From the IMG/VR virus record IMGVR_UViG_2834277561_000001, positions 122,688 to 186,687 of that record: 64,000 nt of DNA; one strand, written 5' to 3'. Shown here one piece after another: positions 1 to 9,419 of this stretch. How positions within the stretch are numbered: the first letter of the stretch is position 1; each line of letters begins with the position of its first letter. Position numbers and translations under genes: made by a program. Below the pieces are notes generated by a model, which did no database searches, was not told the DNA's origin, and saw only the letters and a program-made list of their open reading frames with translations. The stretch is from a virus. Lineage: Duplodnaviria > Heunggongvirae > Uroviricota > Caudoviricetes.

Positions 1-120
1 TAATAATGACTTTTATTCACAAAGTATTGTAACAGAAAAAATGAATGAATGTCCATATAGAACAGAAAAAGTCTATCGTTGTAAAAAATGTGGTATAGAA
101 AAGAGGTATAGTAGTAGTTA

Positions 121-444
121 ATGGAATCTTTCGACAAGGAATTATTCATGGAATTGTGCAAGAAATACAATGTTACAATGAGCAAGACGTCCAAATCTCC
201 AATGATTAAAGATAAATATGGCGTACATGTTATAGACGAATATGATCCTCATTTTTCTAACGATGAATCAATTTTGCTTGCAGCTCATTCAATAATAGAA
301 AATACATTACGTAAAATGATAGATGGAGAATATAGTAGTGAATTATATACATTTGGAGAATATGAGATTGCTAAAGGAGTTGTAGGTGAATTATTTTGCA
401 CCATAAGAAAGAGTAATGAAAGAGAAGTTTCGTATGAAGAATAA
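121..444 (+). CDS. hypothetical protein
   Basis: ORF of 107 aa starting with ATG, same orientation as the neighbouring genes. Confidence 0.5.
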   Translation: MESFDKELFMELCKKYNVTMSKTSKSPMIKDKYGVHVIDEYDPHFSNDESILLAAHSIIENTLRKMIDGEYSSELYTFGEYEIAKGVVGELFCTIRKSNEREVSYEE

Positions 445-560
445 AATGACCATGGTGGAATTTCTGGAAAGATATTTTGGTATGGAGTTTTTGCTGTACC
501 AGAAAATTATTTTAAATCGATTTGAGGAATCAATATCATCAAATTTAAACGAGGTGAAAA

Positions 561-842
561 ATGAGAGTAGAAGAAATTGCATTACGCCAGGAAATTCGGC
601 AGATGTTAAATGAAGCAGGAATCAACAGAGAAACGCTGCGCGAAATGGCACAGAATACTATTAAAGAAGAAGTCGAAAAACAAGTCAATTTTAAAATATC
701 CCAAACTAATATCATGTCAATGGTGTCATTAAATAAATATGAAGTTAGAGATGCGTTCAGAGAAGCAGTAAAAGAACAGGTAAAATCCAATGTTAAAATT
801 TCCGTAAATATTGACAACGAGTTATGTGCAAATCAGTGTTAA
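561..842 (+). CDS. hypothetical protein
   Basis: ORF of 93 aa with upstream GAGGTGA ribosome-binding site. Confidence 0.55.
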   Translation: MRVEEIALRQEIRQMLNEAGINRETLREMAQNTIKEEVEKQVNFKISQTNIMSMVSLNKYEVRDAFREAVKEQVKSNVKISVNIDNELCANQC

Positions 843-1096
843 CGATGAATACTCCGGATAGGTGTGATGATTGTCTTTGTGTTGACACATATGATTCTTC
901 ATATCAATGGTGTAGATATGCTAAAAAGAAAATGCCATTTTCTATTCATTTCACAAAACCTGATTGGTGTCCATTGAATCCATTACCAGAAAAAGATGAC
1001 TGGGATGATCCGTATGACGAATATTATACTGGATATGCTAATGGCTGGAACAGATGTTTGAGTAAAATCACAGGAGAGGATGATGAGTTATGTTAA
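824..1096 (+). CDS. hypothetical Cys-rich protein
   Basis: ORF of 90 aa with multiple Cys residues (CDDCLC..C). Confidence 0.5.
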   Translation: MCKSVLTMNTPDRCDDCLCVDTYDSSYQWCRYAKKKMPFSIHFTKPDWCPLNPLPEKDDWDDPYDEYYTGYANGWNRCLSKITGEDDELC

Positions 1097-1638
1097 TTTC
1101 TCTTATAAAATGTATTAATGACAATGAAACAAAATATAAATATCTTCCATTAGAATATTGTTGTGATAAAATGCGGCTGAATCCTATGCTGAATTTGACA
1201 AGTGAATGTGATGAAAACAACTATGTATTTTGTGATGAATGCGAAGAACGATGGAATCCGTGGGCTGATTGCAATCAAAAGTGTGGGATACGAATGGATT
1301 CTAAAACTTTTGAGCTACCTCATATAAAAATGTTTCGACAGGTATATGATGAAGATGATTTTCCAGTAGATGAAAGTATTTCGATTAAATATTGTCCTCA
1401 TTGCGGTGAAAAAATAAACATATCAGTTGTTGGAGAAGTAGATATTACTAATCTTGTAAAAGAATTGGAGAATAAATATATTGCAGCAAGAGAAAAATAT
1501 GATAACTGTGACAGTATTAAACAAAGAAAAGCATTATATGAGGAAATGAAAAAAGCTGATAATGAATACGAAGATGTATTCAGATTTGGAGAATTCAAAT
1601 ATAATATTAAGGATGTGAAATGGCATGGCAACAGTTAG
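1090..1638 (+). CDS. hypothetical zinc-ribbon protein
   Basis: ORF of 182 aa with CDECEERW..C..C and CPHCG motifs. Confidence 0.55.
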   Translation: MLISLIKCINDNETKYKYLPLEYCCDKMRLNPMLNLTSECDENNYVFCDECEERWNPWADCNQKCGIRMDSKTFELPHIKMFRQVYDEDDFPVDESISIKYCPHCGEKINISVVGEVDITNLVKELENKYIAAREKYDNCDSIKQRKALYEEMKKADNEYEDVFRFGEFKYNIKDVKWHGNS

Positions 1639-1948
1639 TGAAAATTATATTAAACTAAAGAAAAAATGGTACTCAAGATATCACGAATTCGTGTATGTAG
1701 ATACAGAAAATCATCTGGCAGATGATATTTTTGTAACAAATAAAATTCCCGTTAAATTCAAAGGGGATTATAAACATGATGATAAAAAATATATTATTGT
1801 ATATTGTAAAGTGAAATCAAAGTACTTAGATGAATTTACAAATTCTCTTGGACAATTAAAAAATAAGATGATTCATAATGGATTCAAGGATTATGAAGTT
1901 TTTTGTAAAAATCTGTCAGAAAAAATCTATCAAGATTGTCTAAATTAA
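1625..1948 (+). CDS. hypothetical protein
   Basis: ORF of 107 aa. Confidence 0.55.
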   Translation: MATVSENYIKLKKKWYSRYHEFVYVDTENHLADDIFVTNKIPVKFKGDYKHDDKKYIIVYCKVKSKYLDEFTNSLGQLKNKMIHNGFKDYEVFCKNLSEKIYQDCLN

Positions 1949-1991
1949 TTCTAATAAAAATCCCCAATAAATGTGATCACAATTGAATATT

Positions 1992-2046
1992 GAAAGAAAG
2001 ATTTTGAAATTTTTCTTTCATGGGCGGGCTTGCAACCGCCCTATTT
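1992..2046 (+). terminator. tandem hairpins after gene 1625-1948: AT hairpin GAAAGAAA/TTTCTTTC followed by GC hairpin GGGCGG-N8-CCGCCC and TATTT
   Basis: Inverted repeats read directly from the sequence; lies in the intergenic gap upstream of the MTase gene. Confidence 0.5.
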
Positions 2047-2130
2047 AGCAGCACTAAAATTATTTTACGAAAGGAAAAGTAGAGTAATCCTAGGTAAAAT
2101 GCGTGTACACGCCTTGAAAAACAAGGCTTT

Positions 2131-3084
2131 TTGAACGATTCTAATGAAAGAAAAAGTTTATCGGTATTATCATTATTTGATGGCATTTCATGCGGTAGAG
2201 TCGCACTTGATCGTTGCGGAATTCCAGTAAAATATTATTTTGCATATGAGATTGAACCGAATGCAATCAAAATTAGTAGATACAATTATCCTGAAATTCA
2301 TCAATGTGGTGATGTATTTGCAGAAGATTTTTCGAAGTATCAAGGTATAAATCTTTTAATCGGAGGTAGTCCTTGTACAAATTTCTCAGGAGCGAAATGT
2401 ACTAAAACCGCCAAGGCAAAAAAGGAAACAAAACCAAATGAAGGTGAAGGATGGGATTTATTTAAGCAGTATGTCAGAGCATTACATGAATCTCAACCAA
2501 AATATTTCTTATATGAAAACAATTATAGAATTTCACTGGAAATCCAGGATGCAATTTCTGATGCTTTAGGTGTAAAGCCAGTGTTGATTGATAGTCAACT
2601 CGTTTCCGCGCAGAGAAGAAAGAGATTATATTGGACAAATATACCTGTATCGGGACTTCCGGAAGATAAAGGAATATTAGTGAAAGATGTTATCTGTGAT
2701 GATTCATCATTAATTAAGGAATTTGACGATAGGATGAGAAATACATTAATCAAATGTGAGAATTACATAAAATATGATCTAGGCGGTAAAGGACATTATT
2801 CGCAGCAAGACAGATTATATTATCTGGACAACAAGGCTCCTACGGTTCCGAGATGTAGAACTGAAACTAAGTTCAATGTGTGGTTAGGTGGAGAATTATA
2901 TAAAAAGACATGTCCATTGGAAATTGAAAGACTTCAAACTTTGCCGGATGATTACACAAAATACGGCAGAGAAGAAGATGGAACTATTGTTGAAGTGCCA
3001 AAAACTCGAAGATTTGAAGCAATTGGTAACGGATGGACAGTTGATATAATCTCGTGGATTTTAGGAGGAATAAAGAATGCATAA
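2131..3084 (+). CDS. DNA (cytosine-5)-methyltransferase
   Basis: Motif I LFDGISCG, motif IV GGSPCTNFS, ENN (variant of ENV), QRRKR and C-terminal GNGWTV; TTG start preceded by AAGG. Confidence 0.85.
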   Translation: MNDSNERKSLSVLSLFDGISCGRVALDRCGIPVKYYFAYEIEPNAIKISRYNYPEIHQCGDVFAEDFSKYQGINLLIGGSPCTNFSGAKCTKTAKAKKETKPNEGEGWDLFKQYVRALHESQPKYFLYENNYRISLEIQDAISDALGVKPVLIDSQLVSAQRRKRLYWTNIPVSGLPEDKGILVKDVICDDSSLIKEFDDRMRNTLIKCENYIKYDLGGKGHYSQQDRLYYLDNKAPTVPRCRTETKFNVWLGGELYKKTCPLEIERLQTLPDDYTKYGREEDGTIVEVPKTRRFEAIGNGWTVDIISWILGGIKNA

Positions 3085-3424
3085 CATTAATATTTATCAA
3101 AAATACAAACGAATCATGAAATACGACGAAACCGTATTGGATGAAATTGATAATTTGGATGAAGCCAAATCTTTAATCCGAATGATAGTGAATTCTATTA
3201 ATTCACATATAGTTGCTTTGAATCATAACTATCGATGGCACGACTTGAGACAAAATCCTGGTGATTTACCTCGGAAATATAAAGAAGTTATTGTACGGGT
3301 TAAAGAGAACAACTTTTCGCGTACATATTATATGGTTAGTCGTTTAGATGATGATGGTTTCTTAGTTTGTAAAGGTGACAAAGTTCTGGCATGGAAAAAT
3401 ATAGAGCCATTTGAGGAGAAATAG
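3077..3424 (+). CDS. hypothetical protein
   Basis: ORF of 115 aa overlapping the upstream stop codon. Confidence 0.55.
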   Translation: MHNINIYQKYKRIMKYDETVLDEIDNLDEAKSLIRMIVNSINSHIVALNHNYRWHDLRQNPGDLPRKYKEVIVRVKENNFSRTYYMVSRLDDDGFLVCKGDKVLAWKNIEPFEEK

Positions 3425-3475
3425 AACATATATATGAAATTTTGTTTTCATCAATAAAAAAGGAGATGCAAAAGC

Positions 3476-4084
3476 ATGGCGAAGTTCAATATAACTGTAG
3501 ATCTTGACTGGATGGATGACGAAGAAGGATATTCTATCGACGACGAATTAAAGGAAAGAGTGATTAAAGGTATCGAAGACACTTTATTAAAAAGGGCGAC
3601 GGATGATGCTGTGAAAGCTGTTGACGATAAGATTCGTGAAAAAGTTGGTGAAGCAGAGAATTCAATACAGGAAGCGGTTGACAAATTCATTTCCACGGTC
3701 TGTGAAGAAAAAATAAACAAGATAATGATTCCTGTAAAAAAGAATTCATGGAGCGGTGAAGTAAAATATAAACCACTTTCTGAATATGTAGGGGAAAGAT
3801 TTAATTATTATATTACCGAGAAGAAGTTTGACAAAGACGGCAATGTTGCAAGGTGGAGCAGTGAATCCGTATATTCCGCGGCTGATTTACTAACAAGTGA
3901 TTATCTCAAAAAAGAGCTGGATACAAAAGTAGAGACAATGATTTCAAATGCGAGAAAAGAAGTTGAAGAATCGTTGATTAAATCTTTTGAGCAGAAACTG
4001 AAAGAAAACTTATCAAAAGACATTATTGAGAAAATGAATATTCCTGATGTGTTAAGAAGATTTAGTGAAATGAGTCTGGAATAG
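3476..4084 (+). CDS. hypothetical protein
   Basis: ORF of 202 aa with AGGAG ribosome-binding site. Confidence 0.6.
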   Translation: MAKFNITVDLDWMDDEEGYSIDDELKERVIKGIEDTLLKRATDDAVKAVDDKIREKVGEAENSIQEAVDKFISTVCEEKINKIMIPVKKNSWSGEVKYKPLSEYVGERFNYYITEKKFDKDGNVARWSSESVYSAADLLTSDYLKKELDTKVETMISNARKEVEESLIKSFEQKLKENLSKDIIEKMNIPDVLRRFSEMSLE

Positions 4085-4100
4085 AAATGTTGGGTGAAAA

Positions 4101-4541
4101 ATGAAAAACATAGAATATTACAAAGAAAAGATATTAGATATTATAGGTCATGGCGATAGTGTAGGAGTAGATAGAAACACTAATGAGCCAGAAGGATGTG
4201 CGTTCCTTGGGTGTGAAAACTGTAAATTGTTAGATAATTGTAATAATGGATTGCAGGAATGGTGCAATGAAGAATATATTGAAAAGCCTCAAATTACAGA
4301 AAATGATAAGAAATTTTTAGATATTGTCAATCCTAAATTTAAATATATTGTAAAAGATAGAGACAATATATTATGTCTTTCTATGGAAATGCCTTTTAGA
4401 GGCGAAAACCATTGGATAGGAGTAAATAGTTGTGAATATATAAGTGAGAATTGTTTTAACGGATTGTTTAGATTCATTAAATGGGACGATGAGGAACCAT
4501 GGCGGCTTGATGATTTGAAAAAATTGGAGATATGTGAATGA
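4101..4541 (+). CDS. hypothetical protein
   Basis: ORF of 146 aa. Confidence 0.55.
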   Translation: MKNIEYYKEKILDIIGHGDSVGVDRNTNEPEGCAFLGCENCKLLDNCNNGLQEWCNEEYIEKPQITENDKKFLDIVNPKFKYIVKDRDNILCLSMEMPFRGENHWIGVNSCEYISENCFNGLFRFIKWDDEEPWRLDDLKKLEICE

Positions 4542-4804
4542 GATTAATTGATGCAGAGTTATTAAAAGAAAGTATCGCAAAATGGTTGAAACCATCTAAA
4601 CCAGATGAAACAGAAATGATAGAGGTTGCAGATGCTCTTGTTAGTACGATGATGGAAATTGACGAGCAGCCGACGGCATTTGATGTAGATAGGGTGTTGG
4701 GGAAAATGCACAGTGAAATGATGAACAGCGCAAGTAGTGAGTTTGATTACGCAATGTATAGGGCAATCGAAATTGTGAAAGGTGGCGGAGTTGATGGCAA
4801 TTAA
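4538..4804 (+). CDS. hypothetical protein, paralogue of 5537-5788
   Basis: MRLIDAE...IDEQPTAFDVD...AIEIVKGGG shared with the downstream copy. Confidence 0.55.
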   Translation: MRLIDAELLKESIAKWLKPSKPDETEMIEVADALVSTMMEIDEQPTAFDVDRVLGKMHSEMMNSASSEFDYAMYRAIEIVKGGGVDGN

Positions 4805-5402
4805 ACCTATTTTATTCAATACCGAGATGGTTCGGGCAATCATGGACGGGAGAAAGAGCTGTACTCGGCGGATGGTAAAACCCCAGCCAAATGAAAAGCA
4901 TACATACCCGCTCGGTTTTGTTACCGACAGTACAGAGAAGAAAGAGGTGGGATGCTTTGGATTTGGCATTAATGAATACAGCAGTTCTATTCAATACACA
5001 AAGCCACAGTATCAGCCGGGAGATATCCTGTATGTCCGGGAAACATGGGGACATCCAATTTCCTTAAATTCAGATAAACAGTATGTTTTTAGAGCAGATA
5101 AGATAGCGGAAAGTGGCTTTAAAAATGATAGTCATATATGGCACCCATCCATCCACATGCCGAAAGAAGCGGCGAGAATCTGGCTGAAGGTTACGGATGT
5201 ACGGGTGGAGCGGTTGCAGGATGTGACAGACGATGATGCAGAAGCAGAGGGATGTTTCGATTATACATCAACAGCACTTGGTTTTCCCGATATATGGGAT
5301 TCCACCATCAAGAAATCCGACCTTGACCGCTACGGATGGGATACGAATCCGTGGGTCTGGGTGATCGAGTTTGAGAGGTGTGAGAAACCACAGGGGGTAT
5401 GA
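4782..5402 (+). CDS. ASCH-domain protein
   Basis: N-terminal MVRAIMDGRKSCTRR (ASCH/PUA-like GxKxxxxR motif); gene has locally elevated GC. Confidence 0.5.
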   Translation: MAELMAIKPILFNTEMVRAIMDGRKSCTRRMVKPQPNEKHTYPLGFVTDSTEKKEVGCFGFGINEYSSSIQYTKPQYQPGDILYVRETWGHPISLNSDKQYVFRADKIAESGFKNDSHIWHPSIHMPKEAARIWLKVTDVRVERLQDVTDDDAEAEGCFDYTSTALGFPDIWDSTIKKSDLDRYGWDTNPWVWVIEFERCEKPQGV

Positions 5403-5403
5403 T

Positions 5404-5550
5404 ATGGCTAAACACTGTACCAGGGAGTGTCCAGACAGCGAAACAGAATGCTGCATCTGCTGTACGAAACAGGATTCCTACCAGAGTAGATGTGATGATA
5501 TGAACGGTTATGAATATGCGGAGGAGTGTGAAGAATATGAGACTGATTGA
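5404..5550 (+). CDS. small Cys-rich protein
   Basis: 48-aa ORF with AGGGGG ribosome-binding site at canonical spacing; 9 Cys residues. Confidence 0.35.
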   Translation: MAKHCTRECPDSETECCICCTKQDSYQSRCDDMNGYEYAEECEEYETD

Positions 5551-5788
5551 TGCAGATAAGATCGATTTTAACGAAGTTTTTGTTGGTGCAAGTGAATTTG
5601 CACAAGACACAAGAAATGCGGCACAAATGTTGATTGATGAACAGCCTACTGCGTTTGACTTGGATATGGTTGTTCAACAATTGGAAAAACGAAGTACATT
5701 ATCAAGACCTGTGGGATGGACAAAATCTTATGAAATCGTAACTTTGGATGACGCTATAGAAATCGTGAAAGGTGGTGGAGCTAAATGA
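5537..5788 (+). CDS. hypothetical protein, paralogue of 4538-4804
   Basis: MRLIDADK...IDEQPTAFDLD...AIEIVKGGG; start set to match the paralogue (the ORF track begins at 5510). Confidence 0.5.
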   Translation: MRLIDADKIDFNEVFVGASEFAQDTRNAAQMLIDEQPTAFDLDMVVQQLEKRSTLSRPVGWTKSYEIVTLDDAIEIVKGGGAK

Positions 5789-6054
5789 AATATCCAGAAG
5801 AAATGTATATTGATAGTCAGATATTTGCGGTGGATATGGATGGTTCGGAATCAAATCTGACAGAAAAAATTGTAAAGATAAGAACTCCTCATTCGTGCTG
5901 TGTATGTGAAAAACAGATACCTAAAGGCGAAAAAATGTTAAACCAAAAAGCAATAGTAGAAGGACAAGGCTGGTGTAGCTGCTACATTTGCATACCATGT
6001 GTTGAAAATTGGCTAGAAGAATCAGGACAAGTAGAGGATGGTGAAGTTGAATGA
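5785..6054 (+). CDS. hypothetical zinc-binding protein
   Basis: ORF of 89 aa with CCVCEKQ..CSCYICIPC. Confidence 0.5.
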   Translation: MKYPEEMYIDSQIFAVDMDGSESNLTEKIVKIRTPHSCCVCEKQIPKGEKMLNQKAIVEGQGWCSCYICIPCVENWLEESGQVEDGEVE

Positions 6055-6459
6055 GAGAAATTCTTTTCAAGGCAAAACGGATTGATAATGGTGAATGGGT
6101 TGAGGGGGTGTTTAGTAATAGATCATTCACGGTCAAACTTATTTGAATATCGAATGTAACCAGTTGAATCAGGCGTTTTATACGCACCACCTATTGACCC
6201 AGAAACCCTCTGCCAGTTCACAGGACTTTACGACAAGAACAGCAATAAAATCTGGGAAAATGACATATGTGATCGCAAAGAAAAATATCCAGAAGTTGTA
6301 AAAATGGCTAATGGGGATTGGACATTGGATTACAGTTATGCACTTGGAAGAGATTATGGCAATAGTTATTGTAATCTGGGATTCTATGTCAATGAAAGAA
6401 AATGTGTTGAAGTTATTGGAAACATTTTTGATAATCCAGAATTATTAAAAGGATGTTAA
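6051..6459 (+). pseudogene. YopX-family phage protein, disrupted by a frameshift
   Basis: N-terminal part MREILFKAKRIDNGEWVEGV ends at TGA 6144-6146; a YopX-like C-terminal part (IDPETLCQFTGLYDKNSNKIWENDI...GNIFDNPELL) continues in the +1 frame with no start codon. Confidence 0.5.
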
Positions 6460-6461
6460 GT

Positions 6462-6632
6462 ATGAGGATATTAATTAAAGATCACGATTTAAAATTAGAA
6501 AAAGAATATCCTGGAATATCGCTTCAATCCATCGAAATTACAGAATGTCGTGCATGGTGGAGATTTGACATGGATCATCCATTATTAATGTGTACGACAT
6601 ATAATGATAAGCATTTATATTTTGACGTGTGA
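6462..6632 (+). CDS. small hypothetical protein
   Basis: 56-aa ORF with AAAGGATG ribosome-binding site directly downstream of the YopX remnant. Confidence 0.35.
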   Translation: MRILIKDHDLKLEKEYPGISLQSIEITECRAWWRFDMDHPLLMCTTYNDKHLYFDV

Positions 6633-6838
6633 GATGTAGGCAACATTATAGATTTAGTCGAAATAATCTATGATTGTGGCTATTTAGATTTGTCTCGGCA
6701 TCAAATAAAAGATGAATTTGGTAGAAATTATTAGGATGAAAGAAATCTTTCATTAGAGAATTAGGTAATTAAAATAAGTTTAAATAAAATCATTTTAAAT
6801 CAAATATTGTATTAAGGAATATCGCTGGAGGTGAAGTT

Positions 6839-7189
6839 ATGGGATTGGCAAAATCTGGAATTTTGTCGGAGGTAGAATTCTATAAAATGATTATGCTGCC
6901 ATATGAAGATCAACCGGATTATCTGTTGTGTGATGATTTTAAATGGATAGAAAATGAATTTTTTGTATGGATTAGGCATGATCGAATCGAAGATTTTGTG
7001 GATTATTTTGTAACTAAATTCGGGAAAGAATGTTTCGATTATAAAAGCACAAAAGCCGATTTGACTATAGATCATGTGATTATAAATATGACAGATTTAA
7101 TTGGACATGCGGTAGATATTGAATCTGTATTTCCAAAAGATCCGCGCACGTTTAGCGAAAAGATAGACGATCACATAATGTGGGGTTGA
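6839..7189 (+). CDS. hypothetical protein
   Basis: ORF of 116 aa with GGAGGTG ribosome-binding site. Confidence 0.55.
   Translation: MGLAKSGILSEVEFYKMIMLPYEDQPDYLLCDDFKWIENEFFVWIRHDRIEDFVDYFVTKFGKECFDYKSTKADLTIDHVIINMTDLIGHAVDIESVFPKDPRTFSEKIDDHIMWG
7112..7138 (+). repeat. direct repeat copy 1 (GTAGATATTGAATCTGTATTTCCAAAA)
   Basis: A 26 of 27 match recurs at 7263-7289 in the downstream intergenic region. Confidence 0.7.
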
Positions 7190-7262
7190 TGCAGGTGGTA
7201 TAGATGTGAAATTGCAGGATACATATGTTGTTATTAATTTATGTGAATTGTTTGGAGACACA

Positions 7263-7289
7263 GTAAATATTGAATCTGTATTTCCAAAA
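7263..7289 (+). repeat. direct repeat copy 2, partial duplication of the 3' end of gene 6839-7189
   Basis: GTAAATATTGAATCTGTATTTCCAAAA. Confidence 0.7.
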
Positions 7290-7318
7290 AAGGAATATAC
7301 ACATTAGGAGAATCTATT

Positions 7319-7603
7319 ATGAAAGTAGTTGATTTAATAAATATTTTAAATCAGATAGGATATGATGAAAATACTGAATTAACATTTAGTTGCACAGATG
7401 GCAATACCGGGCAGTATTACGAGATTCCATTTGAAGAAATATCTTTTGGAGAAGAATTAACTGGAAAACCTTACGAAAAAGATCAAATTGACATTGAAGT
7501 CGATGTGGATTCAGTTAAATCGTATTTGCATAATAAAGGAATGTCAATGTTAGATGGCTTAATTTTGGACATGTGTGATGTAATAGCAAAATATAGAGAA
7601 TAA
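7319..7603 (+). CDS. hypothetical protein
   Basis: ORF of 94 aa with AGGAG ribosome-binding site. Confidence 0.55.
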   Translation: MKVVDLINILNQIGYDENTELTFSCTDGNTGQYYEIPFEEISFGEELTGKPYEKDQIDIEVDVDSVKSYLHNKGMSMLDGLILDMCDVIAKYRE

Positions 7604-7643
7604 ATATAATAATGAAAAATTTCTTTCAAAGAGGTGAATATAA

Positions 7644-7865
7644 ATGATTAAGTATTATTGTGATCTGTGTAAAGAAGAAGTGAAAGAACGTCATCATTAT
7701 CATATACCAATTATGGATAAAAATGGTAAGTTTAAATCAGTTTCTTTACATTTATGTAATGTTTGTTGCAATAAAATTGAACTATTTGCACGAGAATTGG
7801 CTGAACCCGAAATGGAAGAACGGTTAAATGATCTAGCAAATTGTAAGGATGATTTTGATTGGTAA
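7644..7865 (+). CDS. hypothetical zinc-ribbon protein
   Basis: CDLC...CNVCC. Confidence 0.5.
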   Translation: MIKYYCDLCKEEVKERHHYHIPIMDKNGKFKSVSLHLCNVCCNKIELFARELAEPEMEERLNDLANCKDDFDW

Positions 7866-7879
7866 AGGAGAATTTAATT

Positions 7880-8129
7880 ATGAGAATTAAAAATATTAAA
7901 GATGCTGAAGTATTTCTGAATGTTGTAAAACAGTGCAAAGGTGATATTACATTAACATCTCAGTATGGGGATAAATTCAATCTCAAATCTGCACTGAGTC
8001 AGTATGTTGTATGTTGCAGTTGCAGCACTTCTTGGTGAACATGGTGAAGAACTGGAACTTTGGTGTACAGATAAAAGCGATGAGACAAAATTTTTGGAAA
8101 TGTTTAAAGAAAATCCAACAATGGTATAG
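7880..8129 (+). pseudogene. hypothetical gene interrupted by a frameshift at a TGTTGCAGTTGCAG tandem repeat
   Basis: Frame 1 MRIKNIKDAEVFLNVVKQCKGD...SQYVVCCSCSTSW stops at 8036; a protein-like continuation VAALLGEHGEELELWCTDKSDETKFLEMFKENPTMV lies in another frame. Confidence 0.3.
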
Positions 8130-8140
8130 GAGGTACCAAT

Positions 8141-8287
8141 ATGAAAAGCATTATCGGATGCATTATAAATGGAATTATAGCTTCGGGAATAGTATTTCTA
8201 TCAGGGGTTCAGAGTAATAGTCCTGAATTTTGGGGATTATTCGGATTATGTTGTTTGATGGTAATTAATAGTGCAATGACAATTTGA
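8141..8287 (+). CDS. small hydrophobic membrane protein
   Basis: 48-aa ORF with strong TAGGAGGT ribosome-binding site and one or two predicted transmembrane segments. Confidence 0.45.
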   Translation: MKSIIGCIINGIIASGIVFLSGVQSNSPEFWGLFGLCCLMVINSAMTI

Positions 8288-8308
8288 GATGAATAATTTT
8301 GTGAAATT

Positions 8309-9082
8309 ATGCAAGTAAATAAAATATATAATCAAGATTGCCTAGAAGGATTAGGATTATTAGACAATGAATGTATTGATTTGACAGTAACATCACCGCC
8401 GTATGATAACTTACGATTATATAATGGTTATTATTTTAAGTTTGAAGAAATAGCGAAGGAACTATATAGAGTGATGAAACCAGGGGGCGTTATTGTATGG
8501 ATTGTTGGAGATAAAACAAAAAACGGTTCTGAAACAGGAACGTCATTTCGTCAAGCTTTATATTTTAAGAATATAGGTTTTAATTTACATGATACTATGA
8601 TATACGAGAAAAATAATCCTACACCTCAAAAATCAAACAGATATCAACCATGTTTTGAATATATGTTTATATTAAGTAAGGGGAAACCAAAGACATTCAA
8701 TCCTATAATGATTGAGAAGAAATATATAGAATCTCGACCAAATAAAATGTATAACAAAGACAAATCTGGGATGCAAATTCAGCATCAATATTCCTCGTTA
8801 TCTAATTTAAAAATCAAGAACAATATATGGAAATATAATGTAGGGCTATATCATAGCACAAATGACAAAGAAGCATTTAAACATCCTGCTATATTTCCGG
8901 AGCAGTTGGCTGCTGATCATATTCTATCATGGTCAAATGAAGGTGATATTATTCTTGATCCATTTATGGGTAGTGGAACCGTTGCAAAAATGGCATTGAT
9001 TAACAAGAGAAAATTTATGGGATTTGAGATAAGTACTGAATATTGTAAATTAGCGAAAGAAAGGATATCTAAGTATGTATAA
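8309..9082 (+). CDS. DNA amino-methyltransferase, beta-class, probably N4-cytosine
   Basis: N-terminal IYNQDCLEGL, motif IV TSPPY followed by C-terminal motif I FMGSGT. Confidence 0.8.
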   Translation: MQVNKIYNQDCLEGLGLLDNECIDLTVTSPPYDNLRLYNGYYFKFEEIAKELYRVMKPGGVIVWIVGDKTKNGSETGTSFRQALYFKNIGFNLHDTMIYEKNNPTPQKSNRYQPCFEYMFILSKGKPKTFNPIMIEKKYIESRPNKMYNKDKSGMQIQHQYSSLSNLKIKNNIWKYNVGLYHSTNDKEAFKHPAIFPEQLAADHILSWSNEGDIILDPFMGSGTVAKMALINKRKFMGFEISTEYCKLAKERISKYV

Positions 9083-9326
9083 AACATTAAATGAAACCGT
9101 ATACGGAATGTGTAGTACTGATTATAAAGAAAGATTTGTTGCAGAATATAATCAGCTTGTAATTAGATATAGAGGATTGAAGAATATGTTGGACAAATGG
9201 GATAGAAATGAATTAGATTTTAAACCTACTTGCCCGCGAAGCACCTATAATTTACAGATTAAAGCTATGACAGATTATATTGACGTACTTGAGGCACGAG
9301 CTGCTATGGAAAATATTTATCTTTGA
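9075..9326 (+). CDS. hypothetical protein
   Basis: ORF of 83 aa overlapping the MTase stop codon. Confidence 0.55.
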   Translation: MYKTLNETVYGMCSTDYKERFVAEYNQLVIRYRGLKNMLDKWDRNELDFKPTCPRSTYNLQIKAMTDYIDVLEARAAMENIYL

Positions 9327-9419
9327 TAATGGATAATATTGTATGTTTAAACCAAGTGTGTCAGCGGATCAAAGAATATGAAAGAAAACTTTCATAGAAT
9401 GGATAAATAGGAGGGAATT

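Noticed and set aside
416-613. 65-aa ORF overlapping both 121-444 and 561-842
   Set aside because: Overlaps two better-supported genes. An internal start at 446 would give a 56-aa product that still overlaps 561-842 by 52 nt. It was left uncalled, though a short real gene here cannot be excluded.
7112-7289. CRISPR array
   Set aside because: Only two copies of a 27-bp repeat, separated by non-spacer-like sequence, one copy inside a gene. No other regularly spaced repeats were found anywhere in the window.
8011-8217. 68-aa ORF MLQLQHFLVNMVKNWNF...
   Set aside because: Low-complexity sequence that spans the frame break of the disrupted gene and the start of a strongly RBS-supported small membrane ORF. 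It is probably a frame artefact.
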